A stretch of DNA of 63,343 nt from a virus (taxonomy: Duplodnaviria; Caudoviricetes). The first letter of the stretch is position 1. Each line of letters opens with the position of its first letter. The position numbers and the translations under genes are program-made. The stretch covers positions 1 through 63,343 of IMG/VR virus record IMGVR_UViG_3300012927_000007. One strand, written 5' to 3'. A model generated the notes under the pieces. That model had not been told where the DNA came from, searched no databases, and saw nothing but the letters and a program-made list of their open reading frames with translations. Below, piece after piece: positions 9,666 through 20,244 of this stretch.

Positions 9666-10034
9666 TTAGTGAGTCGGTTGGGAAAGCTTAGGGGGCGAGG
9701 GGCCGGAGGCGTACGCCGGCAAAGAAAGTACATTTTTCGAGTTGATGGAGTAAAGCCGCACGCACACCGGGTTCAGGTTAGTCGGGTAGATCCAGGCGGT
9801 TGTCGCCAAGGCGGGCACGTTGATGCCTGCCTGATAGGTGCCGAATGTCCCGCCACCGACACACGAGCCCCACTCGACGCGGTAGCCAATAAGATCGGTC
9901 AGCGGCGTGCCGTCCGTGTTCTTGGTGGGCGCGACCCACACAACGCGCTGCTTGGCTGCATGCGCGTCCTCAAAAGCGGCCAGCAGACAGCCACACAACC
10001 AATAAAGCGTTAATCGTGTTAGGGCTCGTTTCAC
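9666..10034 (-). CDS. secreted fibronectin type III-like protein
   Basis: GTGA-coupled start; signal peptide ending AHA; WVAPTKNTDGTPLTDLIGYRV motif. Confidence 0.7.
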   Translation of the reverse strand: MKRALTRLTLYWLCGCLLAAFEDAHAAKQRVVWVAPTKNTDGTPLTDLIGYRVEWGSCVGGGTFGTYQAGINVPALATTAWIYPTNLNPVCVRLYSINSKNVLSLPAYASGPSPPKLSQPTH

Positions 10035-10624
10035 GACATGACCCGTTGCGACATGACCGCACGCTCCACATCCGTTAAGTCCCAACCAGCTACTACTAAC
10101 CACGCGTCTCCACCGATGCGGCGTAGCAGGTACGGGTCCACGGGGTAACGCTTGGTCCATTCCGCTTCCCACAGGATATGGTAATTCTCGATACCGCGAC
10201 GCGGGCGCACATCGACCGGGATGAGCGGGACGGTAGCGCACCACTCCCAGCGGTATCGATCATTAGGATCGATCTTGCGCGTAATCCCAGGCCAGTCCAT
10301 GTGAATAGTTTTGCGCGAGCGATGCCCGGGGCTGCGCTCACCGAAACGACACGCACCCCCACCGGGGTTACCCGGGTCGGCGCGGAACCAACACTCCTGC
10401 ATATCCGCGCGACAGATCGCCAGCTTCGGCAAGCCTTCCGCATTCAACCCCGCAACGCGGATACTCTCCAGCGCGCGGATGACCGTCTTGCCCTGTGCGA
10501 TGCGTTTGTAGATAGCGGCGATTTCCGCATCCGCGGGCGTCTGATACGCGCGGTGCGTCTGGTACTTCTGCCACAATTCGCGCGCTTTACCCGGGTCGAC
10601 CTGTTGGAGTGCTTCGACTTTCAT
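10031..10624 (-). CDS. conserved phage hypothetical protein
   Basis: 197 aa; C-terminal DPYLLRR...VVAGWDLTDVE motif. Confidence 0.65.
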   Translation of the reverse strand: MKVEALQQVDPGKARELWQKYQTHRAYQTPADAEIAAIYKRIAQGKTVIRALESIRVAGLNAEGLPKLAICRADMQECWFRADPGNPGGGACRFGERSPGHRSRKTIHMDWPGITRKIDPNDRYRWEWCATVPLIPVDVRPRRGIENYHILWEAEWTKRYPVDPYLLRRIGGDAWLVVAGWDLTDVERAVMSQRVMS

Positions 10625-11025
10625 AGTGTCTCCGGTTTCTCGCCGTCCAAGTCGCTGTGAATGTGGATATCAGGCGCGAAGCAGGCAACATTGGCGCAGC
10701 CCGCACCGTACCGCACGCCATCGGACAACGGGTACTCAGTGCCGCAGCCGTGACACTTGTACCAACGCAGTGTTGGGATGCCTGCAGCTTTACGCCGCGC
10801 ACGTTCCGCCGCGATCTCAGGTCCGGGGGCGTACATCAGCGTTTTGTCCTTTGGGTCAGCCCCAAAACCATACAGGTAAACGGGCTTTGGAAAGAGCCGG
10901 CGCCACACCCGTTTGTACCACGGCGGCCGGAACGGGCCTTGCTCGAACGTGCGCGCCCACTCGATGTCGGGGTAATCGCGGTAGGCTTCCTCGAATACCT
11001 GTTGCAGTTGGGAGCGCAATTTCAC
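10621..11025 (-). CDS. hypothetical protein with C-terminal Zn-ribbon
   Basis: CHGC...CANVAC. Confidence 0.55.
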   Translation of the reverse strand: MKLRSQLQQVFEEAYRDYPDIEWARTFEQGPFRPPWYKRVWRRLFPKPVYLYGFGADPKDKTLMYAPGPEIAAERARRKAAGIPTLRWYKCHGCGTEYPLSDGVRYGAGCANVACFAPDIHIHSDLDGEKPETL

Positions 11026-11756
11026 CGGATGATCCCCAAGCCGCCCGGTGACGTCTTGATTTCCTCGCGCACAGTGTCCTCGAAGGCGCGATTATCACTA
11101 TCGATTTTGCGCTGTGCTGTCCTGCCGGGGTCTTCCTGCGCTGAGCTGGACGTCGCCACACCCTGATCCTCCAGCACGGTATCCGGCAGCGGCAAGCGCA
11201 CGCGTGGCTTATCAGCTGCGACGACCCAACCGTGCTTGATGATATGCAGGAGCAACTGCCCTTCCATCCAAACATCATTCAAGCAGTAGTCGATCACCTT
11301 GCCGCGCCGGCCCTGCTGCCACCACACCGGCGCCAATGCACCGTGTCCTGTCTTGGCGATCCTCAAGGTTTCCTTGCACACCGCATCCAGGCCCCACCCG
11401 CCGTGCGTCTTGGGGTAGAACTTATCGGGGTTGAAGCCTTGCGCGATCCAGATTTGCTCCAACTCATCGTAGTGCAGCGTCTGGTCCACATCCACGCCGT
11501 GCTCGTGCAGCAGCGGTAAATCGAAGCGCCGCGTGTTGAAACCCGCGGTGGGCTCCTCCGCGATGTACTGCTGCAGCTCAGGCAGGTCCTCCTCCAAGAA
11601 CACCCGCGACAAATGCGTGTAAATGTCGTAGGTTGCAACACAGGCTATCCCCATTCCTGCAAAATCTCTCCAACCCCCGCAGTACTCAATGCCGGGAATC
11701 GGCTCCTCGCCGCGTCCGAGGATGGCTTTCTTGATTTCAACATCAATAATGATCAT
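11022..11756 (-). CDS. DEDD/RNase H-like 3'-5' exonuclease (YprB-like)
   Basis: ExoI IDVEI, ExoII GFNTRRFD, ExoIII YCLND. Confidence 0.82.
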   Translation of the reverse strand: MIIIDVEIKKAILGRGEEPIPGIEYCGGWRDFAGMGIACVATYDIYTHLSRVFLEEDLPELQQYIAEEPTAGFNTRRFDLPLLHEHGVDVDQTLHYDELEQIWIAQGFNPDKFYPKTHGGWGLDAVCKETLRIAKTGHGALAPVWWQQGRRGKVIDYCLNDVWMEGQLLLHIIKHGWVVAADKPRVRLPLPDTVLEDQGVATSSSAQEDPGRTAQRKIDSDNRAFEDTVREEIKTSPGGLGIIR

Positions 11757-14601
11757 GCGTGCGCGCGCTCCAAGTAATTTGCGTACTCTGCGTTCATAGC
11801 CACCAGCACCTGCTCTTTCGTGTGCGCTTCCTCGTTGCGGTCGGTATCCGTCTCCTCAACGTCGATCGCGATGAAGCGCTTGCAGCCGAAACAAACACTC
11901 TGGTGTGGTTGCAACTCCTGGTGCGCGAGCGCCTGAGCCGTGTGCATCTCCTCTTGAGTGGCCTCATCGAAGTGGATCATACGGTTGCAGTCGCACGAGC
12001 CGTTGCCTTCGGTCCACCAGTACACCGACTGGTCGTCGCCTTTAGCGGTCTTACCTGTGCGCAGATCAAACAAGGTGGGAATCACAGAACGCTCCAAAGA
12101 CATCAGGCGGACCACCCCACACCTGGAATGTTGCCTTGATTGCGGCGCGGTACTCTGGCGCCAATATCGGATGCACGATGAGGGTATCGCCCATCATGTA
12201 CGCGGCAGGCCTCATGGTCATCCCGTAACGACGCAGCCACTTGTTGTTCATACGGCGCAGGTGGGAGGCGTTCTTAGCGCGACGCTTCGGGTAAGTGCGC
12301 GCCCGCTCGTAGGTGCACGCGGCAGTCGTCTCCACGATGCGCAACGGCGTGCCGATCATTTGGGCACTCCCGCTACCGCTTTTTTGACGTCGTCGGGGTA
12401 ATGACCGACACGCACGAATTTTCCGGTGTCCAACTCGATCTCAGTACCGGTTCGCCCGTTGTAGTCGATCTCAACCCAGTGCGTAATGCGCTCCAGGATA
12501 ACCGTCACCTCACTGGAGTTGACCCCATAACCTTTGAAGGTATGCGGCGTCACCGCGGCAGCCCCGGATCACGAATCCACTGGGGCCACATCTGCGCCAA
12601 CGCTTCCAACACCTTGCGCGCGGTCTCGGTCGGCTGCGCATCCTCCGCCACGGTAATCCGTCCGTCCCGGTGGAACGTGATGAGGGGGCCTGTGCCGCTG
12701 TGCACCGTGAAAATCTGCTCGGTGGGGTGCGGCGTAGTGAGCGCCCACGGTTTGGTGTCGTCGTTCATTTGCGGCGCCCCGGGAAAGCAACCGAGGAGCC
12801 GCGTCCATACGGTGCGCGGTAGTTAGGATCGTACGCATTGCCTTCCGCCTCGCGGGCTTTCGCGTTAGCCAACAAACGCCGCTGCTCAGCCGGCGACGTC
12901 TTAGGCGCGTTGTCGCCTTTGGCCAAGAAGTCGTCGAGGTAACTCATGACTTCGGCGGCGCGGTCAGCGCGTTCTCGTGCCAACTCTTACTGCGTGGGTT
13001 CTCAGGCTGGGGCGGCGTCGGGTGCAGCTTGTTGCACTGGCAGGTAGGGCAGTGCAAGCCGTCAGCTCGCTCTGGGGCTCCCCGTAGAACTGCTTGGCCT
13101 TCTTCCGTAAGCCGCCAGCCGGTGTGTCTTCCCTGTGCGTCGTACACTGGAACAGCGTCACTCATACCGGCTCCAGCTGCACGTCGACCACCCGCAGCTT
13201 GCCCGTCAAGGTGTCCTGGATCATGGTCACCTCGCAATGCAGGTCTGGGCCGGTATCCACCCCCACCAACAAGCGCTCCCAAGGCTGCAACACGATGTCC
13301 TGGCTCACAGGCCCTCCACTTCCGGGTGCAGGAAGGTTGGAATGCCGGCCGGGTAACCCATCATTCGCTTCTGGCGACTGTGCCATTCAATGTGATCCAC
13401 AGGGTAGATGCGCACGGAGCCGTGCGTGCCCTCGAAGTGCAGCGCGTCGGGGGTGGCACGTAAGTAGGGCAGCAGGGGATCGGGCGGCTCCTGCAGCAGG
13501 TGCACCAACAGGTTGACGACCGCTCGTTTGGGATAGTTCACCGGCACGATCACGAGCGCTGTATTGCCCCCGCGTGCGACGTTGAGCGCTTCATGCACGC
13601 GCTTCTCGAACAGCAGCGCGTTGTTGGCTTTGTAGGTCGCGAGATCGCTCACGATAGCCAGCCCCGGTTGGTACGGCGTTCGGGACGCATATTAGCGTTA
13701 CACCACCCGCACTCGGGGTCCCCACAGCCGTCCTTCGAGGTTCGGAACTCGTGCTCAGGGGGCGTGGGGGCGCGGCGGCGATAGCGGTGTTGTAGGTACT
13801 TCTTGTACTGCCAATCAAACAATATGTAGCCGACGCAGCCGCCGAACACGCCCGCGACGAACCCCCAGAACAACACAAGTGTCATTGCGGCCCCTCGCCC
13901 GTGTCGACCCAGTGGCGGAACTGCTCATGCGAGTAGCCATTGCGGATCGCGATGGTCAAATTCCATAGCGTATCGCGTTGTGAGCGCAAGAGCGCTTCGT
14001 AGTAGCGCTGGCCCTGCGACTTGTCGGGGAAAGGCGTACCCGTCGCGTCGAGGATCACAGCCTACCCCGCAAGAGTCGCCACAGGAAACGCAGACAACCC
14101 AGTAGCGTGGACTTGTGCGGGATCTCGATGATCATCGTCCGCCCTCGCCTTCCCAAGCGACCACGGCACGTTCCAAATCCAGCCCATCGAATGCGCGGTT
14201 GTAGATGTTGGCTGCGATGGTCTCAATGTCGTCCTCACTGAGCCAGTCGTACGCCCAACACAAAGCCGGCGGATGCCACTTACGTCCGCACCTGGGGCAC
14301 AGACCCAGCTCGATCGCCGCGACCTGCGGATGTAGCGTGTTGAAGCGCTCCTGCAGGCTCATCCCGCGCCTCGGCTGAGCAGTCTATCGAGCTGCGCCGC
14401 AGTCAGCTCGCACTCACCGAAACCGCGTAGCTCGTCCGTCGAGAACTCAAACGCACACAGCCGCTGCAGGTCGCGGTGCGAATCCTCAACGAATTGCAAC
14501 AGTTCAAACAACGCCTGACTCGGCGGCTGAAACGGAATTGCTTCGATTACCTCAACGCTCTCGCGGTTCATCCTGCTTGCCTTCCGGTTTCGTCCGACCA
14601 T
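11753..14601 (-). CDS. cluster of ~12 small coupled hypothetical ORFs (e.g. 11753-12115, 12066-12359, 12356-12553, 12550-12768, 12765-12983, 12944-13165, 13162-13308, 13305-13652, 13649-13885, 14132-14362, 14359-14601)
   Basis: Start/stop overlaps; 13649-13885 has an N-terminal TM helix; several Cys pairs. Confidence 0.5.
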
Positions 14602-15175
14602 CGGCTTTTGGCTGCACTAACTTCACGATTTGCTCGATCAACGTGTTGCGCGCCACATCCGTGACGTTCAAGCCATCGGGCGTGCGCAAGTCAACCTCGG
14701 CCTTGTCCCCGTACACGTGGCGCAGGATCTTCGAGACGGTCCACTTGCGCGCATCAACCCGCAGGCGCGAGCGCTCGTAGTGGTCCCGGTCAAACACGAC
14801 CGTACGCTTACCCTTCGCGCTCAAGCGCGCCACGTAATCGTTCGAGCCGTCATCCGCGATCGTGATGATCTCATCCGCGAAGTGCTCACAGCCCTGCTCA
14901 CGCGCGATCCGGTAGCGCCGATCGAAGTCTGCGTGTTTGCGTCGCCAGCGGCACAGCACGGCCCACGCGGGCATATCCGGCATCCGACACACTTCCGCCC
15001 CGGTAAGGCCGCTGGCGAGCTGCTCGCAGATTGCTTCTGTCAGGGGGACGGAGTAATCGGCGGTCGCCGGCTTGGCCTGGGGGGGAGGGTCAACGCGGGG
15101 TGCGGCTTTTGGCGGGCGGATTACACGCTTGGGACCTCGTTTCGGCTTTTTCGTGATCTTGCGGGCGGGGGCCAA
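14552..15175 (-). CDS. terS: terminase small subunit (Sf6-like)
   Basis: ICEQLASG-HTH-MP...W, ADEIITIADD, RSRLRVDARKW..SK...YGDK. Confidence 0.88.
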   Translation of the reverse strand: MAPARKITKKPKRGPKRVIRPPKAAPRVDPPPQAKPATADYSVPLTEAICEQLASGLTGAEVCRMPDMPAWAVLCRWRRKHADFDRRYRIAREQGCEHFADEIITIADDGSNDYVARLSAKGKRTVVFDRDHYERSRLRVDARKWTVSKILRHVYGDKAEVDLRTPDGLNVTDVARNTLIEQIVKLVQPKADGRTKPEGKQDEPRER

Positions 15176-15179
15176 GGTG

Positions 15180-15234
15180 CGCTCCCATCAAGCGACCGGG
15201 CGAAGGTACCACAAGCTTTGCGGGATGGGAAGCG
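15180..15234 (-). promoter_or_regulatory. terS leader stem sequestering the RBS
   Basis: CGCTTCCCATC pairs with GATGGGAGCG, which contains GGGAG 6 nt before the TTG start. Confidence 0.55.
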
Positions 15235-15336
15235 AGGCGCGCGCCCGCGTGGCCAATGACTGAAGATGGCGCCAAGTCAAGGTCCACTCCACGGCGGGCG
15301 CGCAATGCGGATACTAACCGCAGCACTTGGAGCATG

Positions 15337-15555
15337 TCACGCGGATGGCTCCTCGCTGATCAGCCAGCGCGCCCAGTAGCGTGGCCCACGCGTCGGCCAG
15401 GGGGTACCGCGCAGCGCGTCCCGGGAAGCACGTGAGGCCATACGGATGCACTCCACGCAACTGCCGCAGCTGCGATAGCGCCTTGTGCCGTGGCCGTGAA
15501 TGCACGGGTTGCCTTCGAAGAAGCGCTGCGCTGCGGGCAGGCGTTGGTGGCTCAC
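15337..15555 (-). CDS. small Zn-finger protein
   Basis: FEGNPCIHGHGTRRYRSCGSCVEC. Confidence 0.65.
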   Translation of the reverse strand: MSHQRLPAAQRFFEGNPCIHGHGTRRYRSCGSCVECIRMASRASRDALRGTPWPTRGPRYWARWLISEEPSA

Positions 15556-17094
15556 AGGTCATCTTCCTCGTAGCGGTGCAGTCGCTGCGTGGCCACGTCC
15601 AGTTCACACTGCACCACCCCCAGATCGTGGGCGAGCGCATCACGCTCCAGAATTGCTGCGGTGAGTTGGTTGTTGAGGGTGTGCACTTCGGCGGCGTGGT
15701 CCACGAACTTTACCCACACGCCGAACGGCTCATCCTCGAACGGCCTCTCACCATCAAAGCTGTAACGTTTCAACATCACTAATGCTCCCCGGGCAATGTT
15801 TCGCGGTACTGCTCCACGACGAGCGCCATGGTAGTCGCCAACGAAATCAGGACTTGAGTAGCGTAGTCGCGCCGTTCCGGCTCCATCGGTTCCGGCTCAG
15901 TCAACAACGCTACAATGGCGTTGACGTGCTCGCACACTTGCGCCAAGCGCTTGTGCTCGTCTTTAGTCAACATCGTTATTTCCTCCACCGCAGGTAAGCC
16001 AGCACCCCGCCGCCCGGCAGGAAATAGCGATAACGTATCCGCTGCGGCCACGGGGCTTTCGAGTACAGGTACGTGTCGATAACACTGAATATCACTAATA
16101 ACGTTAATAACGCTATTCGCATGTCTGCTTGCTCCAGTCGTAGTAGGAGGCGATCGAGGCTAAGCGGAAACGGCACTCGTACCATTGTAGATCCCGTTCG
16201 ATATCCTTGACGAGATTGATTTCCGGCGGCACGCGGATAGTCCACTTGTTCGGCGGCAACGATGCGACCATCGCATAGAACAGATACAGCAGCTCCACGT
16301 AACCGGCGTGGGTGGCAGGGGCTGTCTCGCGCCAGATGTAGCAGTCTGCAGTCTTGATGACTTCAGCCACCGATGTCCTCCGGTGCTATCGCAGTTACAT
16401 AGCCGCAGGTGCACCCTAGGGGAACCGGCCCGTAGTTGCTGCTGATCGTGTGGGCGTCCATAGCCTCGCCACAGTGACACCAGTCGGGGTCGATCTCGTT
16501 GTCACACCCCGCGCACTTGGGGCGCTCTTGTGGGTCACCCATCGCGCTCACTCCTCTTTGGGAATGACCCATTGTCTCACAGGCAACGGCACCGCCGCCA
16601 GTGCGTCCTCACTGACAACGAGGTGTGCAGCAGCAGTGCCGGGCGAGCGCTCCTCCAGCAGCCCCAGTTTTAGAAACCGCTTGACGATCTCACAGTGCTC
16701 TTCCGACCAGTTTTCGAAGCCGTCGCGGAACGGCCCGGGGGTTGTCCAGTAGTGAGTCAGGATCTCACGCTCGGCAGGGGTCGTGTGCTCTTTCATGTTG
16801 GTATATGCCTTTTCATTTATTATCGGTGTTGGTTTGATATACGAAGCATGCTTCGTGCGTGTATGGTTATTCGTCGTCAATCAAGGCGCACTTACTGCGC
16901 TTCAACATCTCGATGCAGCGAAATTCAACCGCATGCAGTAACAGCTCTAACTGGGTATCTATTACCAACCCACAAGTTTTAGCGCCCCGAATATCCGTCA
17001 ATAACTCTCTCAACCACTGCTTTTCTACTGAATCCAAAGGAAATTCCGCGATTTTATCTATTTGTTTCAGCACTGAATGCGCTCCTAGACACAC
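15552..17094 (-). CDS. cluster of ~7 small hypothetical ORFs (15552-15779, 15779-~15973, 15976-~16121 TM, 16113-16370, 16363-~16542 Cys-rich, 16548-~16796, 16867-17094)
   Basis: Coupled ORFs continuing the leftward operon. Confidence 0.5.
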
Positions 17095-17100
17095 ATTAAA

Positions 17101-17305
17101 GATTGGTCAAGTGAAGATAATATATCTATATATATAGTATGTAGCACTAGACCAAGGCATGGACAAGTGACATGGGCAAGTGACTCTTTGGACAAGTGCT
17201 GATTAACGCTATACCACCCTTGACCCTTGACCAAGGCCCTTGCCCATACATTGGCCAACTCTAAACACCTTAAAACAAAGCATTAAAGCCTCGCTTGGCC
17301 AAATC
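17101..17305. repeat. putative replication origin: TGGNCAAG / CTTGNCCA iterons plus AT-rich tract
   Basis: TTGGTCAAG, TGGACAAG x2, TGGGCAAG; inverted CTTGACCA, CTTGCCCA, CTTGGCCA; ATAATATATCTATATATATAG; just downstream of the primase-helicase. Confidence 0.7.
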
Positions 17306-17341
17306 CGCACGAGAGAGGGTAAACAGCGCTCCATAACCGCC

Positions 17342-19195
17342 CTAGGAATTAGCGTTATCATCCGGTAAATGCCACCGAAATTTGGCTTTCCCCGCCTGAA
17401 TCGTCTTCACCCCGAGCTTTTCCCGCGCCCGGCGGATAGTACGATCGGTGATACCAGCTTCGTGATAGCGTTTCTCTACTTCGAATACACTCATGGAACC
17501 CTTCGTGAGCAGCTCTTTCAAAAACCGTTTAGCCTCTCCAAGTTTGGAAGTGCCATCACCGTTGCCTTCCGCTTCCGTGATGATGTGGTGCCCCGTGCCG
17601 CGCAGTTGTTTACCCCACACGATGCGCGCGATCTCGGTTTTCGGCTCCTCCTCGAAACCGTATTCGAAGCCGCCCTCACTCTTGGCGAAAGTCTTGACGC
17701 AGGTGAATACCATGTTGTTAGCGTGCTGGCCCTCACCCTCATCGATCGCAGCCGCCGCCAGTACAATGCGCGCCCGGTGCACCCACGCACCAGAGCCTAA
17801 CACCCGCTCCGCCGGGTCCTTACCCTTTGAGCCTTTGGTGAAGTGTTGTATGCCCAGCAGCACCGCGTTGTACTTAGCCGCCAGATCCGCCAGCGGGCTC
17901 AGTGAGCGGCGCACGTCGGAAGCTGAGTTGTTATCTTTCTGCACAACTACCACGATCGGGTCGATCACGATCATCGACACATCCCCGATCTCCTCGCAGG
18001 CGCGCTCCAGCGCTAACGCATCCCGCGCCGGATCGAATTCCCGCTTTTCGTTATCTTCCCGTACGCCTTTGACAAACCAGCACCGGGTCTGATCCGCCCC
18101 CGCGAAGCGTAGGCGCGGTTTGACGGTATCGCCTAAATCGTCCTCACCGGTCCAGATGATCACGTTACCCTTGGGGCATCTCGTACCATCGGGCCACTTG
18201 CCGCCCCGCGTAATAGTCGCGGCCAGCGACAGTGTTAGCGTTGATTTCATGACGCCACCACTGCCACTCAACAGATGGAATTTATTCCGGGCTAGAAACC
18301 CCTTCCACAACCAATCAACGGCCAGCTCCTCCTGTTCATCCGCACGAGTCAATACCACTTCGGTCGTTTCGGCTTTGCGTTTTGCGTCCTGCTCATCCGT
18401 CGTGAGGTGCCCTTTCTTGCGCGCGATATACAACACCTTTGCTTTGCCGTCCGTCTGTTGATAGGGCGGCTCGCAATGCTCCAGATCATATTTGAGCAGC
18501 GCCGCGCCGATCTCCTTGGTCGACATGCCGTTTTTACGGTAATAGTGCGCGCGGCTGCTCAAAGCATCGTTGCGGCCACCATCCCTGAATTTGCGCGTAT
18601 CCCGGCTGTCGGGCTCTTCGGGGGGCACGTGTCCGTTCAATTTCCTGGCGCCGCCCCGCGCCAGCTTTACGCACAACTCAACTACCCAGGACGGGGCGTT
18701 GCCGAACTCCCCGAGCGCCACCCCCCCGTGAGCCGGCCACCACACGATGTAGCCGCCCTCACCGCGCACATCCACGGTGTCCGAGCTTTTACTGATGCGG
18801 ATGCCAGAATCCGCGGGGTATTGGTACAACAAATGCTTGCCGCGCCGCGTCTGGTGCAGCCGGTACGCCCCGAGGCGCGCTTTGTGCTCCTGATACCAGT
18901 TGCCGCTCTTAGGGTCGCAGTCAATCACCAATAGGCCCGACGCTGAGCCTGTAGGAACCCCGATCAACGCCCCGGGGTAGCTCCGCCACCACTTGGCGAC
19001 TTGCGCCCCGTCTTGGGACGCCTCGTGGAAGCCGTGCTTGGTAAGTGGCCCCTTACTGACCGGATCGCACGGGAAAACGGGGTAGTCCGAAGCGACGGCC
19101 AAAGCGGCCCGAATGGCGGGCGTAACAACCCCGTCATTGACTTCCGAACTTGAATGTGATTGACGCCCTACCCGTTCATCGGATATTTTTCGCAT
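17342..19195 (-). CDS. bifunctional Prim-Pol primase / AAA_25 (RepA-like) helicase
   Basis: VFPC..K.PL..HGF, LLVIDCD, GKHLLY, DVRGEGGYIV; PriCT-like GGRNDAL; Walker A GSGGVMKST, Walker B IVIDP. Confidence 0.9.
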   Translation of the reverse strand: MRKISDERVGRQSHSSSEVNDGVVTPAIRAALAVASDYPVFPCDPVSKGPLTKHGFHEASQDGAQVAKWWRSYPGALIGVPTGSASGLLVIDCDPKSGNWYQEHKARLGAYRLHQTRRGKHLLYQYPADSGIRISKSSDTVDVRGEGGYIVWWPAHGGVALGEFGNAPSWVVELCVKLARGGARKLNGHVPPEEPDSRDTRKFRDGGRNDALSSRAHYYRKNGMSTKEIGAALLKYDLEHCEPPYQQTDGKAKVLYIARKKGHLTTDEQDAKRKAETTEVVLTRADEQEELAVDWLWKGFLARNKFHLLSGSGGVMKSTLTLSLAATITRGGKWPDGTRCPKGNVIIWTGEDDLGDTVKPRLRFAGADQTRCWFVKGVREDNEKREFDPARDALALERACEEIGDVSMIVIDPIVVVVQKDNNSASDVRRSLSPLADLAAKYNAVLLGIQHFTKGSKGKDPAERVLGSGAWVHRARIVLAAAAIDEGEGQHANNMVFTCVKTFAKSEGGFEYGFEEEPKTEIARIVWGKQLRGTGHHIITEAEGNGDGTSKLGEAKRFLKELLTKGSMSVFEVEKRYHEAGITDRTIRRAREKLGVKTIQAGKAKFRWHLPDDNANS

Positions 19196-19318
19196 GTAGT
19201 TGATTTTCCGCGAGCATGGGGCACCCGCCTGTCGCCCTCGTCAGGATAGGCAGTGCGGGTTGACCCCCCGGTTATTGTGAAAGTGCGCGGCGACGCTAGC
19301 GCCGTGAAGCTTGCCCCG

Positions 19319-19662
19319 TCAAATTTTCTTGCGCCGGAGCGGGGAGTCGGTCGGCAACTGGTGAATGCGTGCCCAGCCACAGCCGTCTGCCTTGCACTGT
19401 GGACCCCAGAAACAACGCACGGTGTCACCCGAGGGGTGCGGCTTCAACCCCGTGCAGACACGTCGGATGCGACGCACGGTCACCCCCTTGCACGCATCAG
19501 ACTATGCAACCGTTCGCGGCAGAATCTAACCGCCATGCGTACCCGGGCACGTTGCGCACGTCGTACTACGGGGTGACCTTCCCTAACCGCATCCGCAGCA
19601 TCCCAGCGCGCGTAATTCATTTGGCGTCGGATAGCGGGGTCGTCTCGAAGTTTGTTATCCAC
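19319..19662 (-). CDS. two small hypothetical ORFs (19480-19662; 19319-19483, Cys-rich)
   Basis: GTGA coupling; second ORF translated by hand: MTVRRIRRVC...CFWGPQCKADGC. Confidence 0.45.
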
Positions 19663-19672
19663 AGCTTTTCCC

Positions 19673-19867
19673 CTACAACGGTCGCAACGTCTCGATCCGC
19701 CGTAACCCGAGCTTTTCCAAGGTCTTAGGCGTCGGGGTAGTCTTGGTGCCCCGCTGCATTCTCCACAGATAAGCGGGGTCCAGGTCGATCGCGCGGGCCG
19801 CCGCGCGCAGCCCCCCGTGGCGCTTCACCAATCGATCAATCTGCTTTTGCAAGTCGCTCTTGGGCAT
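19673..19867 (-). CDS. XRE/Cro-like HTH transcriptional regulator
   Basis: GGAG RBS; GLRAAARAIDLDPAYLWRMQRG..TPTPKTLEKLGL. Confidence 0.8.
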   Translation of the reverse strand: MPKSDLQKQIDRLVKRHGGLRAAARAIDLDPAYLWRMQRGTKTTPTPKTLEKLGLRRIETLRPL

Positions 19868-19882
19868 AGTAGTCTCCGCAAC

Positions 19883-19952
19883 GTTGTCCAAAGATACCAC
19901 ACCGGGAGCGCGAAACAAGTGCTTGACAGCCGTTGTCTAGCTGGGCTACAGT
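19883..19952. promoter_or_regulatory. divergent promoter pair with GTTGTCYA operator boxes
   Basis: Rightward TTGACA(19923)-18 nt-TACAGT; leftward extended -10 TGgTATCTT; boxes at 19883 and 19932. Confidence 0.7.
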
Positions 19953-19958
19953 AGCGAC

Positions 19959-20186
19959 ATGTATACCTTACACATCACTCGACGCGGTTCCCCCACGACC
20001 CGCACCAACTACCCCACCCCCGATGCGGCAATGGCCGCTTACGACAGCCAGGAACTCGACGGGGACGCCGTCGTTCGCGAGGGGTACACCTCGGACGGTA
20101 CCCATTGGGTCGTGGCGGGGCACGCTTATGGACGGGTAATCGCGACGCGCGACGCCACCACCAACGAAAAATGGCTGCGGGAATAG
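19959..20186 (+). CDS. early hypothetical protein (probably leaderless)
   Basis: ATG 6 nt after the -10 box; no RBS. Confidence 0.6.
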   Translation: MYTLHITRRGSPTTRTNYPTPDAAMAAYDSQELDGDAVVREGYTSDGTHWVVAGHAYGRVIATRDATTNEKWLRE

Positions 20187-20187
20187 C

Positions 20188-20216
20188 TTGACTTTGTTGT
20201 CCAGACGGTCTACAAG
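20188..20216 (+). promoter_or_regulatory. sigma70 early promoter with operator box in spacer
   Basis: TTGACT-17 nt-TACAAG; GTTGTCCA at 20196. Confidence 0.65.
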
Positions 20217-20244
20217 TACACCCATCGACAACGCAGGAGAGCAT

